A DNA stretch of 64,000 bases, taken from positions 1,322,350-1,386,349 of the forward strand of contig RDEW01000013.1 in NCBI GenBank assembly GCA_011109175.1, in the 5' to 3' direction. The notes beneath the pieces are model-generated. The model saw nothing but the letters and a program-made list of their open reading frames with translations. It ran no database searches and was not told the origin of the DNA. The translations under genes and the position numbers were made by a program. Within the stretch, counting starts at the first letter, position 1; each line of letters opens with the position of its first letter. The DNA comes from Dicyema japonicum. Taxonomy: Eukaryota > Animalia > Dicyemida. Shown here piece after piece: positions 50,166 through 62,912 of this stretch.

Positions 50166-51649
50166 CTCACGTGCAACATAACTGAAAGGATAAATAACCT
50201 TAAAGCCTATTTTGTTTAAATAACTAGCTTATTTTGTTTAAAAAATAACTAATTTAAAAATAAAGCCTTTTTTCATTTATAATATTTTAAAATTTTTTGA
50301 TTGAAAATTAATGTCGAATTTTAATTCTGATTATTCGTGAAGCAGTTTTCTGATAGATCCTTACAGAATTAAGAAAAGTTTAATTATTTCTAATTCATTT
50401 CACTGATCACTGCTTTTGAGAATAGTTTGAAAAACTATATTGTCTTACTCTCATCCTTCATAAGTCAATTTAATGTTACCTTAGGAAATGATTTCCAAAA
50501 TAGTCTTGAATTTATCATATTATTAAGTAATCTTGAGCGAATATCGAGGGAATAGTCAATGGCTTTTTGTTTATTTTATTTAAAAAATTAAAATATTTTT
50601 TTAGTTATGATTAACTAAAAGTTTTAAAGTAGAATTAATACTAACAGAAAAAATTTGTGTAAATTATTCTAAATCTCTGAGCCAATGATGTTATGTGGTG
50701 AATACAAGAAGCTGAGCCTTCTTGAGTGCTTGTTCCACCACAATGGAGTTTGTCAAAACTACCGACAAGTTTGCAGAAACGAAGGGAGAACATTGACCAT
50801 TTACCTGACGATTACAAGTTTCAATGTTTTTGTCATTATTTATTACAACTGACAGAATCTCGGTCTACCACGAAAGCAACTCTCTCGACATACATAATAT
50901 CCTTCATAGCTATATTTTCTGGGAGGTCATGACCATCATCAATATATTCGAGAACAGTCTCCACCTAGATTTTGTGATTTCCAAACTTATTTTAGCCCTT
51001 TTTTAGATTGCACTATTCGAATTCTGTTAGGTCAATCTGTCCAACTAAGTTCTCACGTGACTTCTATGGAAAGGAATCGACCTTTCTGCTTCATCTTTTG
51101 TGTTCGCACATTCCCACTATTAAATCGTGATATGAACTTCACGAAGGAGTTGTAACTCTATTCTGAGATTAAAATTAAATCAAATTTTCTATGAAAGATT
51201 TTAACATGTCTCCAATTATCTTCAAGTGTGTAATTCATACTTTTATTTATTTCCGAGACTCCTTCTAACCAGAGGAGCCATTTCTCAATCAGATCTAAAA
51301 ATTTTCCAATATTCCAAAGTTTCCTGGTTTTCGAGATTGGGGAAACATTTTCATAAATTATTTTACATTTATCTCGGTATTGTCTCTGAGTTCTTTCATG
51401 ACTGCTTTCAAATATCGGACCAACAGAAATGCAATGAGTCTCAATGAGTTTCTATAACCTGTATGTCCTCAAATACTAGTTATACTGTTGTTACAATAAT
51501 AGTAGTCTTCAATTAATTTTATATATTTTATTAACTTGTTTAACATTTTAAACTCGTTAAATGTAATTATAAAAAACCAAGAGAAAAATCAAACTAATGA
51601 TCATGACGCGTTACAGTAGAGCTCTATATAGACATGACAAAATCATGAT

Positions 51650-51935
51650 TCGTCGACAGGGAGGAAATGGTCTACCGGTAGAATAAAGAAATGGATCCTT
51701 TTGTTAATCTTTTTGCTAATGGTCGGAACTTGGTTTGGGACACTATTTATGTTGATACATACTCCAAAGAATTTAACCGCTTCAGTCTAGTCCGCAAGAC
51801 CGGCTCGATGATTCAAAGGTTCACAAAAGATCTACGTGAGACTGGTTACTTCGAGAGCGTATCTCGATATCTATCTGAGAGGAAACAGCATTGCCATTCA
51901 AGCTTCCTAACTTTTAATTTATATTTATTTTAAGA
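51650..51935 (+). mobile_element. CRE-like RLE fragment
   Basis: FANGRNLVWDTIYVDTYS matches the RLE G..L.WD.T..DT motif. Confidence 0.55.
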
Positions 51936-52209
51936 AATTTTAACAAATCAAAAAATTATTTGAAATTAATATTTAAAAAAACAAATAGCACTTTAATGGC
52001 TTTTTAATGTATTTGTTCAAAGAAACGTATAAAATCTGAGAGAAATATCTATTTACATTATCTGTTTCTCGAATGATCTCTACTAATCTATATATTTAAT
52101 CTTACTTTTTTTATTTGAGTTTATTTTTTCTTTGATAAAATATTAATAAAAATAATTAAGTCATAGTAAAATTAATTTTTAATGTTAATTATTCGTCATA
52201 GCAACACTA

Positions 52210-52802
52210 ATGTTTCGTGACTCAAATAAGAATCGATACAACAAGAATATTCTCATTGGGAATTGGTATGAAGAACGACAACAAGTTATTATCGACATTA
52301 TTTAGTGGCAACAACACAAATATACACCCACCACAACATATGAGCACGAGTTTAAGCTTGTTAACCAGAATATGACAAAAAGGAACTGTATAAGACAACC
52401 ACTGGAACAACTTAATAAGCATGTAACGATTATTTATAATGTGGACATTTAACAACTGTGATTCTCAATCAACTCCATATATTACCTGGTATGAGGAGAA
52501 CTACAATGGAAGAGAACAAAATAGTAGAATCCCTCCAAAACGGACGTGGAAGTCAAATGACATGTGTTGGTTTCCTGAAAAGTCAGATTACCCAGCAGAA
52601 GGTTGATTTTAGTTTAAAGTAAGGTGAACCGATGAGATTTGGTATTTTGAACAAACTCGAGGACCGATGGAGAAAAGATCAAAGAGAAGCCCTCAAGCCT
52701 TCATTTTTGTCTGAAAACAAAGAATTATATGGAAATTTCAGTGAAATCCCAAATTCAGAGCAAACTAACAAAATAGTGTGTTCAATATCCAATAACCCGT
52801 AA
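52210..52802 (+). CDS. CFAP107: Ciliary microtubule inner protein CFAP107 (C1orf158)-like; introns 52285-52305 and 52602-52623; unresolved frame break at ~52370-52450
   Basis: RYNKNILIGNWYEER (GNW.EER motif) and ITWYEENYN...IPPKRTW...WFPEKSDYP..EPMRFG parallel CFAP107 ISTYDDHYN...LPPLRTW...WLPEKSDFP..PPTNYG as recalled. Confidence 0.75.
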
Positions 52803-54137
52803 TTTAATGATTTATTGAGATATAATAAAATATCACACAAATTACAACTGAGAGGCCAAGGAACACCAATTAGTAAGGATCCTCAGCCTTCATTAGACAA
52901 GTTGGTGTTAACTTGAACATTTTAATTTCTAATTTATTTAACAAAATAATTTGAAACAGTATTTGAATTATATCTTCTTTTTATGCATACACGTGAGTTA
53001 ACTGCTGGCTCATCCTCACCCTCTCTCCGTATTCTATCACCATATTTAGGGTCAACATAATAATCACAGGTGAAATCAGAGTCAAGTGTTTGAATCATAC
53101 ATTTAGTTTTTCACATCCAAAATTTCAAAAAAAACTGTTGTAAAACCAATTAACTACTCACGTGAACCCAAAACGCTCCAACAGTTACCTCATCTTATCC
53201 CAATGATCCCACCTTTAGCACAACCAAGCACATGTAGGGTGTATAACCGGATGGTCATAATCGCACAGGCATAGGAAATTGGGATTCTATCTGTTCTTAG
53301 GAAATTGGGATTCCAGATGAGTCTTTTCGAGAAATCCGTAGCTACTTGACTTTGAATGACTTTTTCATTTCAGCTATTCGAAGACGGACCAAGACACGAG
53401 AGATGTTGTCCGCCCAGAAGATTGATGATACGTTTTTTGATAGCATTATTAGGAATTCAGTCGTTAACTATATCAAGTCGTGACTCAATGAACTCATTCT
53501 CCGGAATAGTTCTAAGTGTGCGAACAGTCACTGAGTTCTTATTTGAGGAACATGTCTTTATAAATTTAAACTCTCAAACAATCAAGAACGATTAGGCATA
53601 AATCCTATTAATTTTCACGACAAAATGGTTAACTTTCTAAGTAGTACGAAAAAGGATAATCTGTTTTCCCCACTCCAGAAGGAATTCACACATCCGCAAA
53701 GACTGAACGTTTCTTCCCTTTCCGTTGGTTCTGGGTGAACTTGTATGTGACATTGAAGGATTCTCTGCTTCTGTGACCGTAGGAATTGAACACATTTAAT
53801 TAACTGTTAACATTTTCCAAATGGATACTGGGTAATAATGTAAATTACTTGAACCATGGATCTCAGTGGACCACTCAAGAAGAGTCCGAAAATTGATAGA
53901 ATCCTGGATTATCTGATTAGTTGGCTGTAATACCTTCTTTCGATTAGAGAAAAGCAATGTTCACCAATTCCAAGATCAGTAACGAGAATTCGTTCACTGT
54001 AGGCATAATTCAAACAATATACCTTTAAGATTGATTTTTATTTTAACCATAAATGATCAACTAGTAAATTTTGCAAAAATATATAAATTAGTGGATTAAA
54101 CATTATTTAAAGTAAATACATTATTTACATTAATAAT

Positions 54138-54634
54138 TCAAAGCAGAAAACCATCATTCAGTGTATCCACCATTTTAGAGAGTAAAATATTCCAAGCCTC
54201 CTCAATATTTTCTTCATAATTGTCTCCCAACATGTCCCGAATAACACTGATAATCGCCTCTATGAAAGATTTAAAGTATTCCCCCCTTGAATCCTTTAAT
54301 ATATTTTGTGTTTAGCTCCAATTTTTAAGAAAAAAGGGATTTGACGTCATCGAAATTGTTAATATTAGTAATCATCGTATTAAGACTTATTGCAATCCTC
54401 TTGAAGTGGGCATTGGATAAATCATTCGAAACTATTTCTCCCCAAGTTCACCAAAATTAAAGAATTTTTTATATTCTGGATGTCTTCTGAATACTTCCGT
54501 GAATATAAGCATTCCAAAATTGGTAAGATTGTAAGAACATACCCTCCAAGTCAACTCAATAATCTAACCTGACTAACTAAGCCAACCTTTATGTGTTTGC
54601 TTGTCAATTCATTTTTCGACGTTCTGTTGCCCAT
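54138..54634 (-). CDS. Globin with MGxxxS N-terminus; one 23-nt intron (54586-54564); four apparent single-base indels (pseudogene or assembly error)
   Basis: A-helix W (IIELTW), B-helix FGMLIF, CD corner HPEYKKFF, distal His (NAHF), proximal His (AKHK) and H-helix EEAWN. Confidence 0.85.
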
Positions 54635-55088
54635 TAATGAGCGTAAACTAACCAATATTATTTATATTGACATGTTTTCTCTAAACCCTCATTTTAATCA
54701 TTATTTCAAGTCACGTAATTGAAATTATTGGATTTTTCAAATTTGGTCGCCTCGGCAACATTCTCCGTCATCGACTGGAAAGACTTCTACCACATCTCTT
54801 TGGTGATTAATTTCAGATTTAGTTTAATCTCCAGATATTATTGGAATTCTTTGTTCAATTACGTAACATTGGTTGTTTAACTGACGTTAGGTTTATTTAC
54901 TGTAATATTGGTTAAATGACTTATGAGAAGAAAGTCACATAAACAGATCTTGAGAGATATCCCCAAATACTAATGATTAGGGAAATTCAATCAATATTGA
55001 TAGGAGAGAATACAAATAATATATAATTAATTATTTAAACAATTCATATGAAAAAATTAATATGATTTGTCTCATATTGGTCTGAATA

Positions 55089-55405
55089 GCCGGGTGGCAT
55101 AGTGGCTAGGGCTAACCTAAAGTGGCTTAGGTTACGGGTTCGATTCTCGCTGCTGTTCACCTAGTGGAAGGCTCCACGCATCTACGATGCCAAAAGGGTT
55201 TTACGAGTGACGCCGTAATCAGTGGATACTCACTGCGGAACTGGATTGTTTAGAAAGGACCCACACACAAAAAAAAAAGAAGTGAAGATCATTCCTTGGT
55301 TCTACGATTAGTTAAAATTAACTGTTCTTTACTTAAATAAAGTGTGTGTCCTGCTATGCGGAGCTATAAATATTATGGCTCTCGTGAAAAAGGCTATTAA
55401 AAAAA
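55089..55405 (+). mobile_element. tRNA-headed SINE family B, full-length copy
   Basis: A box TGGCATAGTGG and B box GGTTCGATTC. The body aligns with 21466-21755. Confidence 0.85.
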
Positions 55406-55726
55406 TTGGTCTGAATCAATCAGTCTTATATCTGTGCTGTCAATAACCATGATAAAACATAAATTGACAGAATACTAAATTGTTGTGAGTAAACCAGTTC
55501 TCCATTCAGTCAATAAAGTTAATGATCGGAAATAAATATGTAATCATGGGTTAATCACTTGAACCAAGTTTCTATTGAGACGTAAAACTGAAGATAGAAG
55601 TCTCGCAGAGTTTGCTTTTAAACCTGTTCTATTCAACACTCTCATGGCTAATATACAGCTACTGAGGACATCAATATGGAAATTCTTCTTATGCAAATGA
55701 CGTCCTTGTGCCAAGTTTCGAGAAAG

Positions 55727-55826
55727 ATATAAAGATATAAATAATCTATCCTATCTTTGAAGATAAAAGATATAAATAATCTATCCTATCTTTGAAGATA
55801 AAAGATATAAATAATCTATCCTATAG
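55727..55826. repeat. Tandem repeat, ~35-bp unit x ~2.8
   Basis: Unit AGATAAAAGATATAAATAATCTATCCTATCTTTGA. Confidence 0.85.
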
Positions 55827-56189
55827 ATATAATAATCTAAGGAAAAGCTATTAGAAAAAATAAGTCTTTCATGTAATTCTATCACAAGAAAATTGCGATT
55901 TAAAAAGGAGATTTTCTTCTTTGTGTTCAAATACGTCATCATACTCATCCTTAATAATGGCTTCGAGGGCTAATTAAACTAACATAAAGGTATCAAACTT
56001 GTCTTAAAGAAAAACTAAAAAAGAACTCACAATTGAAGAAAACGATCTGATGTAACAAATCAAACGGAAATAAATGAAAAAAATAGTTAACTCTGAAAGA
56101 GTCACTCTAGATACTAATACAGTGTTTCTCAACGGGGGCGATTAGCCCCTATATTTGTCCAGAGGCAATTTTTAATTAATGATTTTTTA

Positions 56190-56493
56190 AATTATTTATT
56201 AACCCCGGATACACCGAGAAAGAAGTTAAAGTAACCAACTAATTAAGTGCATCCAGTTTCCACTTCTACAGAAACAGCATAAAGGGTAAGACGTCATTAC
56301 ATGCAGTTGTGAAAACCCCTCCAGTGGAGTGGGGAAGAGCAAATGATCCTTTTTCATGCCGGCCTGGCACTGGGCGTCACCTAGACAGGTGGATCACATG
56401 ACGCCACTCTATTAGGAAGAGAGAGGAGGAACAGACAAGCAAGCAGAAAATTTAAACCAATTAACCACGCAGCACCACATGGCGCCACGCGGC
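56190..56493 (-). mobile_element. SINE-like family A, copy 3
   Basis: Alignable with 191-513 in the same orientation. Confidence 0.85.
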
Positions 56494-56509
56494 AAATCCG
56501 ATTTTCAGG

Positions 56510-56880
56510 TTTCAGCATTTTTTTAGCTGACATAGACTGGAACTCTTGGAGTACTTTTCATTGAACTTTTTAAGTACGAGGTTCCAGCCACCTCTAGGTA
56601 TTTTTCCAAATCTTTGTTTCGTGGCAAGAAAAATCTGAGATACCCACTCAGCTTCAGAGACACAGTGGACCTCTTCAATAATGGCAGATAGTGAATGCAA
56701 GTTGGTTTTGGCACCAATATTCCAACGATGTTGATATTAGTTCTTGTGACATTATCCAGCCCCACAGACAACGGTCCTGCTTCTACTATACTATCTTCTT
56801 TATTTGATTTTGCAGGAAGACCCATAGGATTCGATTTCTCTGTATGATTAGAAACGGACATGCAACACCACAACTATAAT
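56510..56880 (-). mobile_element. Possible N-terminal (Myb-like) remnant of an RLE retroelement
   Basis: WVSQIFLATK...RGGWNLVLKKFNEKY is a helix-turn-helix-like segment. The assignment is tentative. Confidence 0.3.
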
Positions 56881-57671
56881 AGTTATGAAATATTTAAACT
56901 TAAATTTATTTTAAATAATTAAATAATATAGCATGCATGGTATCTGTTAAAAAATAAAAAAATAAATATTTTCTTCTGGTTTTAAATAAAATAAGCCCAT
57001 GTGTTTGCAAATGGTGTTGAGTTTGATAACGAAGCGATTATCCATCTCGTTTATTAGAACACGAGCAACGCAAGCATCTTCAATCACTAGAAAAAGATAT
57101 TGAATTAAAAGTCATAATTTAGTCTCTGCGATTGATAATAGCCATGGTCGGAAATGTTGTGCATTTATGGGGAAGAAGCGTAATAATTTGAGCATCTGCA
57201 AAAGACTAGACATCAGAATAGAATCCCAAATAAGAGCATCTACCAAACCTTCACTAAAGTAAAGGGTTTTTGAAAAAATTACCAAGTAATCATAATATTA
57301 CTATAGTTATTATAGTGGGGAGTTAAATTATTGACAAGGGTTAAAATTTTATAGGGGCGATACAAAAAAAAGTTGAGAAACACTGATCTAATATATAAAA
57401 CTACGGGATTTGTAAAAAGTAGAGATGGGTACTGGCAAACAGTCCAAGTTGCATGATTTACAGCACTCATCTCATTTACTAACCGCTTGTTTTGTTAATA
57501 ATAACAACCTCCTAATAACTATACCACCCTGACCTAACTTCATTAGTAATCCAATGTATTTTTTTAAATCAAAAATGAAGGACAAGTCTGTCGTTAAAGA
57601 TCAATAGTCTTGTAAATAAAGCAGTTGTTTATTAATAAATCATATATTAATGAGAACAAAATAAGTGAGCA

Positions 57672-58485
57672 TTAATAATTAAAAATCTTCAAACTTAATG
57701 AATAATAACGTCTTCGGCGAAGTTTTAAAATGAAAATAATTCCAAAAATAATTAAAATTCCAACAATTACACAAACAGGCATTATATATTTGTTATCTAA
57801 TTTTTATTATATAAGGTACTTTTTCGACTTTTTTTACTGGCAGTTGTATAAACTGTCGATTTTAAAGTATTATTTGTAAGTTTATCAAATTCACATTCTA
57901 ATGCTAAACCATGATTAGTCTTAAAATAACCATTTCCAGTAAAACTTGTACTATTATCTGTTTTCCATAATTGGGCTTTCGTTTTTGTTAAAGTGAGAGA
58001 TGCATTTTCTGATAATAGTATAACCTGTTTAGAGCAGCTATAATAAGCATTTCTTGAGATTTCATAAAAATCATTAAAATCCATATTAATTTTTATTATT
58101 GCTAGAGAATAGTAATAAATTCAAGTCAACAGCAAACAGATTGGCTGATATTATTATGATTTTCATTTGCAATTTTACGTCGTTCTTTTTCCAAGAAAGC
58201 ATAATATTATCATGTTCTAATTTTGTGAACTCAAAATGACCATTGTCTAAATTTTCATACATAATCTTTTCTTAAATAATATAATTACAGTTTCATTAAT
58301 TTTGTATGCCACGTCAATGTTTCCACTAAATAATGCTATAACCCTATAGTCCTCAATTACAATCCACTTTGGCACTCTGTTATCCATTATTACTGAGGTT
58401 TTTATTTCACTCATTGATTTATTCATTACTAGACACGAATACACTAAATATATTAGATTATTTTTGAAACTTATAATTCTAACAT
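57672..58485 (-). pseudogene. LAMP-like paralogue C with several frame defects
   Basis: Same three short introns (27, 27, 23 nt). Has AYYSCSK, KAQLWKTDNSTSFTGN, a TM segment and tail RRRRYYSL. Confidence 0.65.
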
Positions 58486-58654
58486 TCTTAAATTCACTGT
58501 TCTAAATATTGTTGTATTAATTCAATTTTAAAATTTTATTAATTTTATATTTAATAACTATATATTATTAAAAATAGAAAATTATAAATTTTCTATTAAA
58601 CTTAAAAAAGTTTTGATTTTCATAAATTAAAAAAAATTAGTGGTATTGGATTTT

Positions 58655-61500
58655 TATTTATTTATTTAACATCCAAGACCACGGTAAAACCAAAACTAAC
58701 TATCACGTGATTCCGATGCGCTCCGCCAAAATCCTCATTCTTTCCCGGTGATCCTCCCTCGTACCCACACAAGCTCGTACTGCGCGACTGACTGTATTTG
58801 CAGGGCCACCTTCCCGTATGCCGGAGTTTTGTTTGCTATAATAGAATTACCTATTTGACCACATCTATTTGAGTAAATTATACAGGTATTTGTCATTACA
58901 TATTACAAAATTGAGTTGCTTGAGTATAGGAAATCAAAATTAAGTTTTTTAATCTGATGATCTGAGGGCGATACGAGAAACAGGGGAGGATGGAAACGAC
59001 TCACAGCACGTATCCAGAGATGCATGGAAAGTTAAATCTCAAATTAGCTAACTTTTCTGGTTCTGCGGACATTGCTAATAATAATAAATGGGTTCGAAAA
59101 TAACCTAAACGAGAAAGAAGATCGACTATTAATACAGATAGGATAGAACTTCGATGAGAGATGCTATCTATGACTCTACATCAACACGAAATGAACTAGA
59201 AGACGAGTTTAAGGTCGCAGTAATTCGTAATTTTCGACGTTTTTTTGATTAACAGAGAACCTAACCTGGAACGACATAGTTCATCGTTCTGATAAATTGT
59301 TGTAGATACTGGTCAAACTCTTTTGCTCTGACCAAATGACGTAGCCGCCACGGCCCGGAGGAATTTGAGCTTCTGAGTTTTTTCGCCTACGTATGAGACA
59401 TGTGTTGGAAAGGGTAAGGAATTATCAAATGTCACACAAAGTATTTTATAATTTTTAACAACAGAAGGAGAGTGTAGTTTAGAAATAACGTTGGTTCCAA
59501 TTTGAATTGATCAGGGTCTGTAACTAAAATCGTGGTTATGGATTTTCGTTAGAAGATGACGAGATTTTTGTCCATCCAATTGAAAGTTTGTCAATATGTT
59601 CTCTCATGACCAACAGTTAAGTCACAGTAGCGACAGGCAATAACGACATCATCGCATAAGAAAGAAGTGTTTCTTGCTTTGTTGGTAAGCTTACTAGATG
59701 AAGATGAAGCAGGGCTGGAGATAGCATCTCACCCTGAGGAAGGTATCGTTAATGAGAGTAGGTTGACATAATAAAAGAACGACCAACGGGATCAGAGATG
59801 AGAGTGAGCAGCCATAATTTCAAACGGAACGGGATATTTGTAGAAAAGATTTTACTGCTAGAACATGTCTGGATGTCCGGTCAAAAGCTTTGTTGATCTC
59901 AATAGGCGCAACAATTGTTCTTCTTGAGGTTTATTGATGTTTAATCCATTAAAAATAAATTTAGCCAATTTACAACGATTGGTCATAGTCAAATAAGCAT
60001 TAAACCCATGTTGGAATTCGAAAAATGACAGGTACGGTTTGATTGAAAATAGTAGAACTCTTTCAGCAATCTTCGAGACAACAGACGAGAAGGAAATAGG
60101 ACGATAAGAGTGGTTAGATGGGTCGTGGGTAGGCTTCAAAATAAGAATGATTGTGAATTTTTTCCTGAGCCGTAATTTATTGAGTGTTCGATTAAATTGC
60201 CAAAAGCCCATTAGGTTCTAGCAGACCCTTATGCATTCGAGTTTCGAGAGTTGTTTACAAGTTGAGTAATTAGAGTCTGCAGAATAATGAAAAACTCAAC
60301 TAACTTAGCATACGATCTCTTACAGCAGAGTTCTATTTTTAGGAAGGTGGCTTATCTTCAAACAATTATCCATTAATAAGTTGGACCCGTCACGGAAGGA
60401 TAAGACAATTTTTTTAGAGATCACTTGAGTGGGATTGAGGTTGCGTTGGTCTGTAATGTATCTTCTTAAGGGTTCTACAAAAGACAGAGGATCCGGTATA
60501 AGGGAGTAGAAATAATTTCATTCCATTATTTCGGCTGTATTTTAATATTAGGTCGACGATACGTTTATTGAATTCAAAGAAGATATTCGATTCGCCTTCA
60601 CCAGAGTTGATCGATTTGATCTTCCGGCGTCGTTTGGAAATATTTATAATTTCAGATGGGAAGGGAAGTGAACCATAATTAGCAATGAAACCACATGGAA
60701 TAAAATTTTGTCTTCAGCAATTGGACAGTTGGTGAAGAACTCGACAGTAGCATCAAAAGAGCTGAAAGAAGCACAAAAAAGTCTTTAAGTACGCGTTAGG
60801 TTTCGTTTCTGTAAAATCCCACTTTACTCGTTTATAGTTTATATACGTCCTCTTAGTTTTATGGTTGAAGGTAATTAAAATTGTGTTGTAGTTAGAGAGC
60901 ATAAAGGACGTCATATTGATCGTTAGAAAATAGCCATGCATGATGATGAGAGTTAAAATAATCACATATGATAGTTAGAAAATCTGTGGGAAATAAACAT
61001 TGACAATAGTAAAGAGGACTTATTTACCCGGATATGTTAAATTTTAATATGAGGATCCTCAGATATGAGAGATAATAAAAGTTGAAGAATCAGCAAGAGG
61101 AATAGTAATGTGCACTAGAATAAGTAAACCATCCCCATCTGTACTGGAGGCGCGGTAAGAATGTAATACAGAATAGTTCTTAAAGTGAGGAGTCTTGGAA
61201 TTCGGTGTAAGTTTAGTTTCTTGGATAAGGGAAATGTCCAAACTATGACGTAAATCGATACGTTTTTAGTTAATACCGTTGATGTTTAACTAGATTATCT
61301 TTATCTTTCGCTGAAATGCCACGGGTCTAAGGTTAGGTTCAACATCATCACATATGATTAAAGAAATCTGGAAATGGTAGTTTGGCGTCGTCCCATAGCC
61401 ACTACAGAGCAAACTATTTGGTAGTTGTTAGGTAAGAAAAAGTAGGGTCTGTTTGTCACAAATGTAGGCAGTTTTCTCCACGAGAGGTGAAAACCAACAA
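58655..61500 (-). mobile_element. Degenerate near-full-length Jockey/I-type LINE
   Basis: APE DISLIQETKL (61059-61241), RT SYRPISFSSVVSKIAER..FQHGF (59858-60211), and a (TAAA)n tail near 58660. Confidence 0.75.
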
Positions 61501-61689
61501 AAGTAATTACTAATTATTATAGGGTTTTACTATCACTAACGACACTTCGTCAATCAAAAACGACAATAGTCAATCAATAACGCCAGAAAATTAATTTTAC
61601 AACAATACTTAAACACAAAAAATTATTCATTCATCGATTATTTCGCCATTAACTGCTCTCATAATGCATCCTTTCATCTTCTGAAGTAT

Positions 61690-62070
61690 CCTCCACAGTC
61701 TTCAGGGGTAATCAATTCGAAAAAGATGTTTTTGCTGTAAATCATCAATAGCAGCCCCTCTCCTCACAGATTTCTTCCATTTTGAGAACAAATTCTAAAT
61801 TGGATTAAGGAATGGTGAGTATGGAGGAAGATATAGTATCTTGAGGTTGTGGGATTGGATTACTTCGTTGAGTCCATTTTAATGGTGAATCCTAGCATTG
61901 TCCAAGATGAAGTAGTGATCCACAATTCCTTTAGTTGTCTATGACAAAGTAGGGATCCACAATTCCAACTTCGTCTATAAAGACTATTCGGCTATCCCCA
62001 ACGTCAAATAAAATTTCTTGGAAATTTGTCCCATGTTCCAATCGTGTCTCAATGGTTCTTTTACAGTTTC
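61690..62070 (-). mobile_element. Tc1/IS630-like DDE transposase remnant (internally deleted)
   Basis: IVFIDEVG ... ILDNARIHH ... LYLPPYSPFLNPI. Confidence 0.75.
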
Positions 62071-62084
62071 TTCTCTAATAATTA

Positions 62085-62860
62085 TTATTATTAGCACCAA
62101 GATCACTGGGTCAAAGAGAAAGAAATAAAAATTTCTCATCTAACTAAGTGATCCCAGACAGACAAGGAGAGGACGAGTCCGGTGGGGTCGAGATTCCTGA
62201 ACAGCTCTTCTCATTGGAAATGGCATCGGCTCAAAATTTCTGTATGACTGTAGATATTTCGATAGTGTATGAAATAGAGGGCAACTCAGTAAACTAGCCT
62301 CCTTTAAGAGTTTCCGTTGTAATTTGATTAAGAGATTTTCAATGGGCTGGAATTTGTGTTGTGGTCCAATTATCCTTATTGCGGTCTACTCGACTGCGGA
62401 TAGTTTCAATAATCGTGAAATCTGCATTGCCCATAAAGTTTCTTCTCTAAGGAACAATGTTGAGAGTTTTCACTAGTGAAATTCATTTTAATAGCGATTG
62501 ATGGTATTCGATGCGAAGAGATTTCACCCGATGTTTTGCATAAGAAGCGCCGGAAGAAGACCACGTCACGCTGCTCTGAACTATGTATAAATTAATATAG
62601 TCATCTGTTAACTCAGAAATATTTAATGGATACAAAGATCGCGTCATCTCATTCCTGGAATTGTCAAACAGAGTCGGTATCGGGATTTCTCTGCACAATG
62701 AGCTCGAAGAGATCCTAGATGTGGAAGAAGATCGGCTTTTAATTTAGATAGGAGAGTTAGTAGATTAAAAATGACAATCTTTTGATGAGGGATGCGATCC
62801 TCGACAGTACATCAACACAATATGAGATAGAAGACGGGTTTAGGTAGCAAGAGATGAGTC
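62085..62860 (-). mobile_element. LINE 3' portion, same family as the 128-bp insert at 2435
   Basis: The 3'-terminal ~130 nt nearly match 2435-2562; (TAA)n tail. Confidence 0.75.
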
Positions 62861-62912
62861 CAGGCTGTGGCATGGCTTGTGTTACAAGAAGCTATAAAAA
62901 ATTTACGTTTCA

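Larger units (their letters stand above)
56120..57385. mobile_element. Non-autonomous hAT (Charlie-like) element with nested insertions
   Basis: Perfect 14-bp TIR CAGTGTTTCTCAAC. The 8-bp flanks TACTAATA / ATCTAATA are an imperfect TSD. Confidence 0.75.

Noticed and set aside
54270-54450. Euplotes-like stop-dependent ribosomal frameshifting (AAA TAG, TCT TAA, TAT TAA, CTT TAA at globin frame breaks)
   Set aside because: Globin consensus (GEYF) fits correction at the homopolymer, not at the stop. In SLC25A11 the required shift occurs ~25 codons before any stop. Stops soon after an indel are expected in AT-rich DNA.
55727-55826. CRISPR-like array
   Set aside because: Units are contiguous with no unique spacers, and the context is eukaryotic; it is an ordinary minisatellite.
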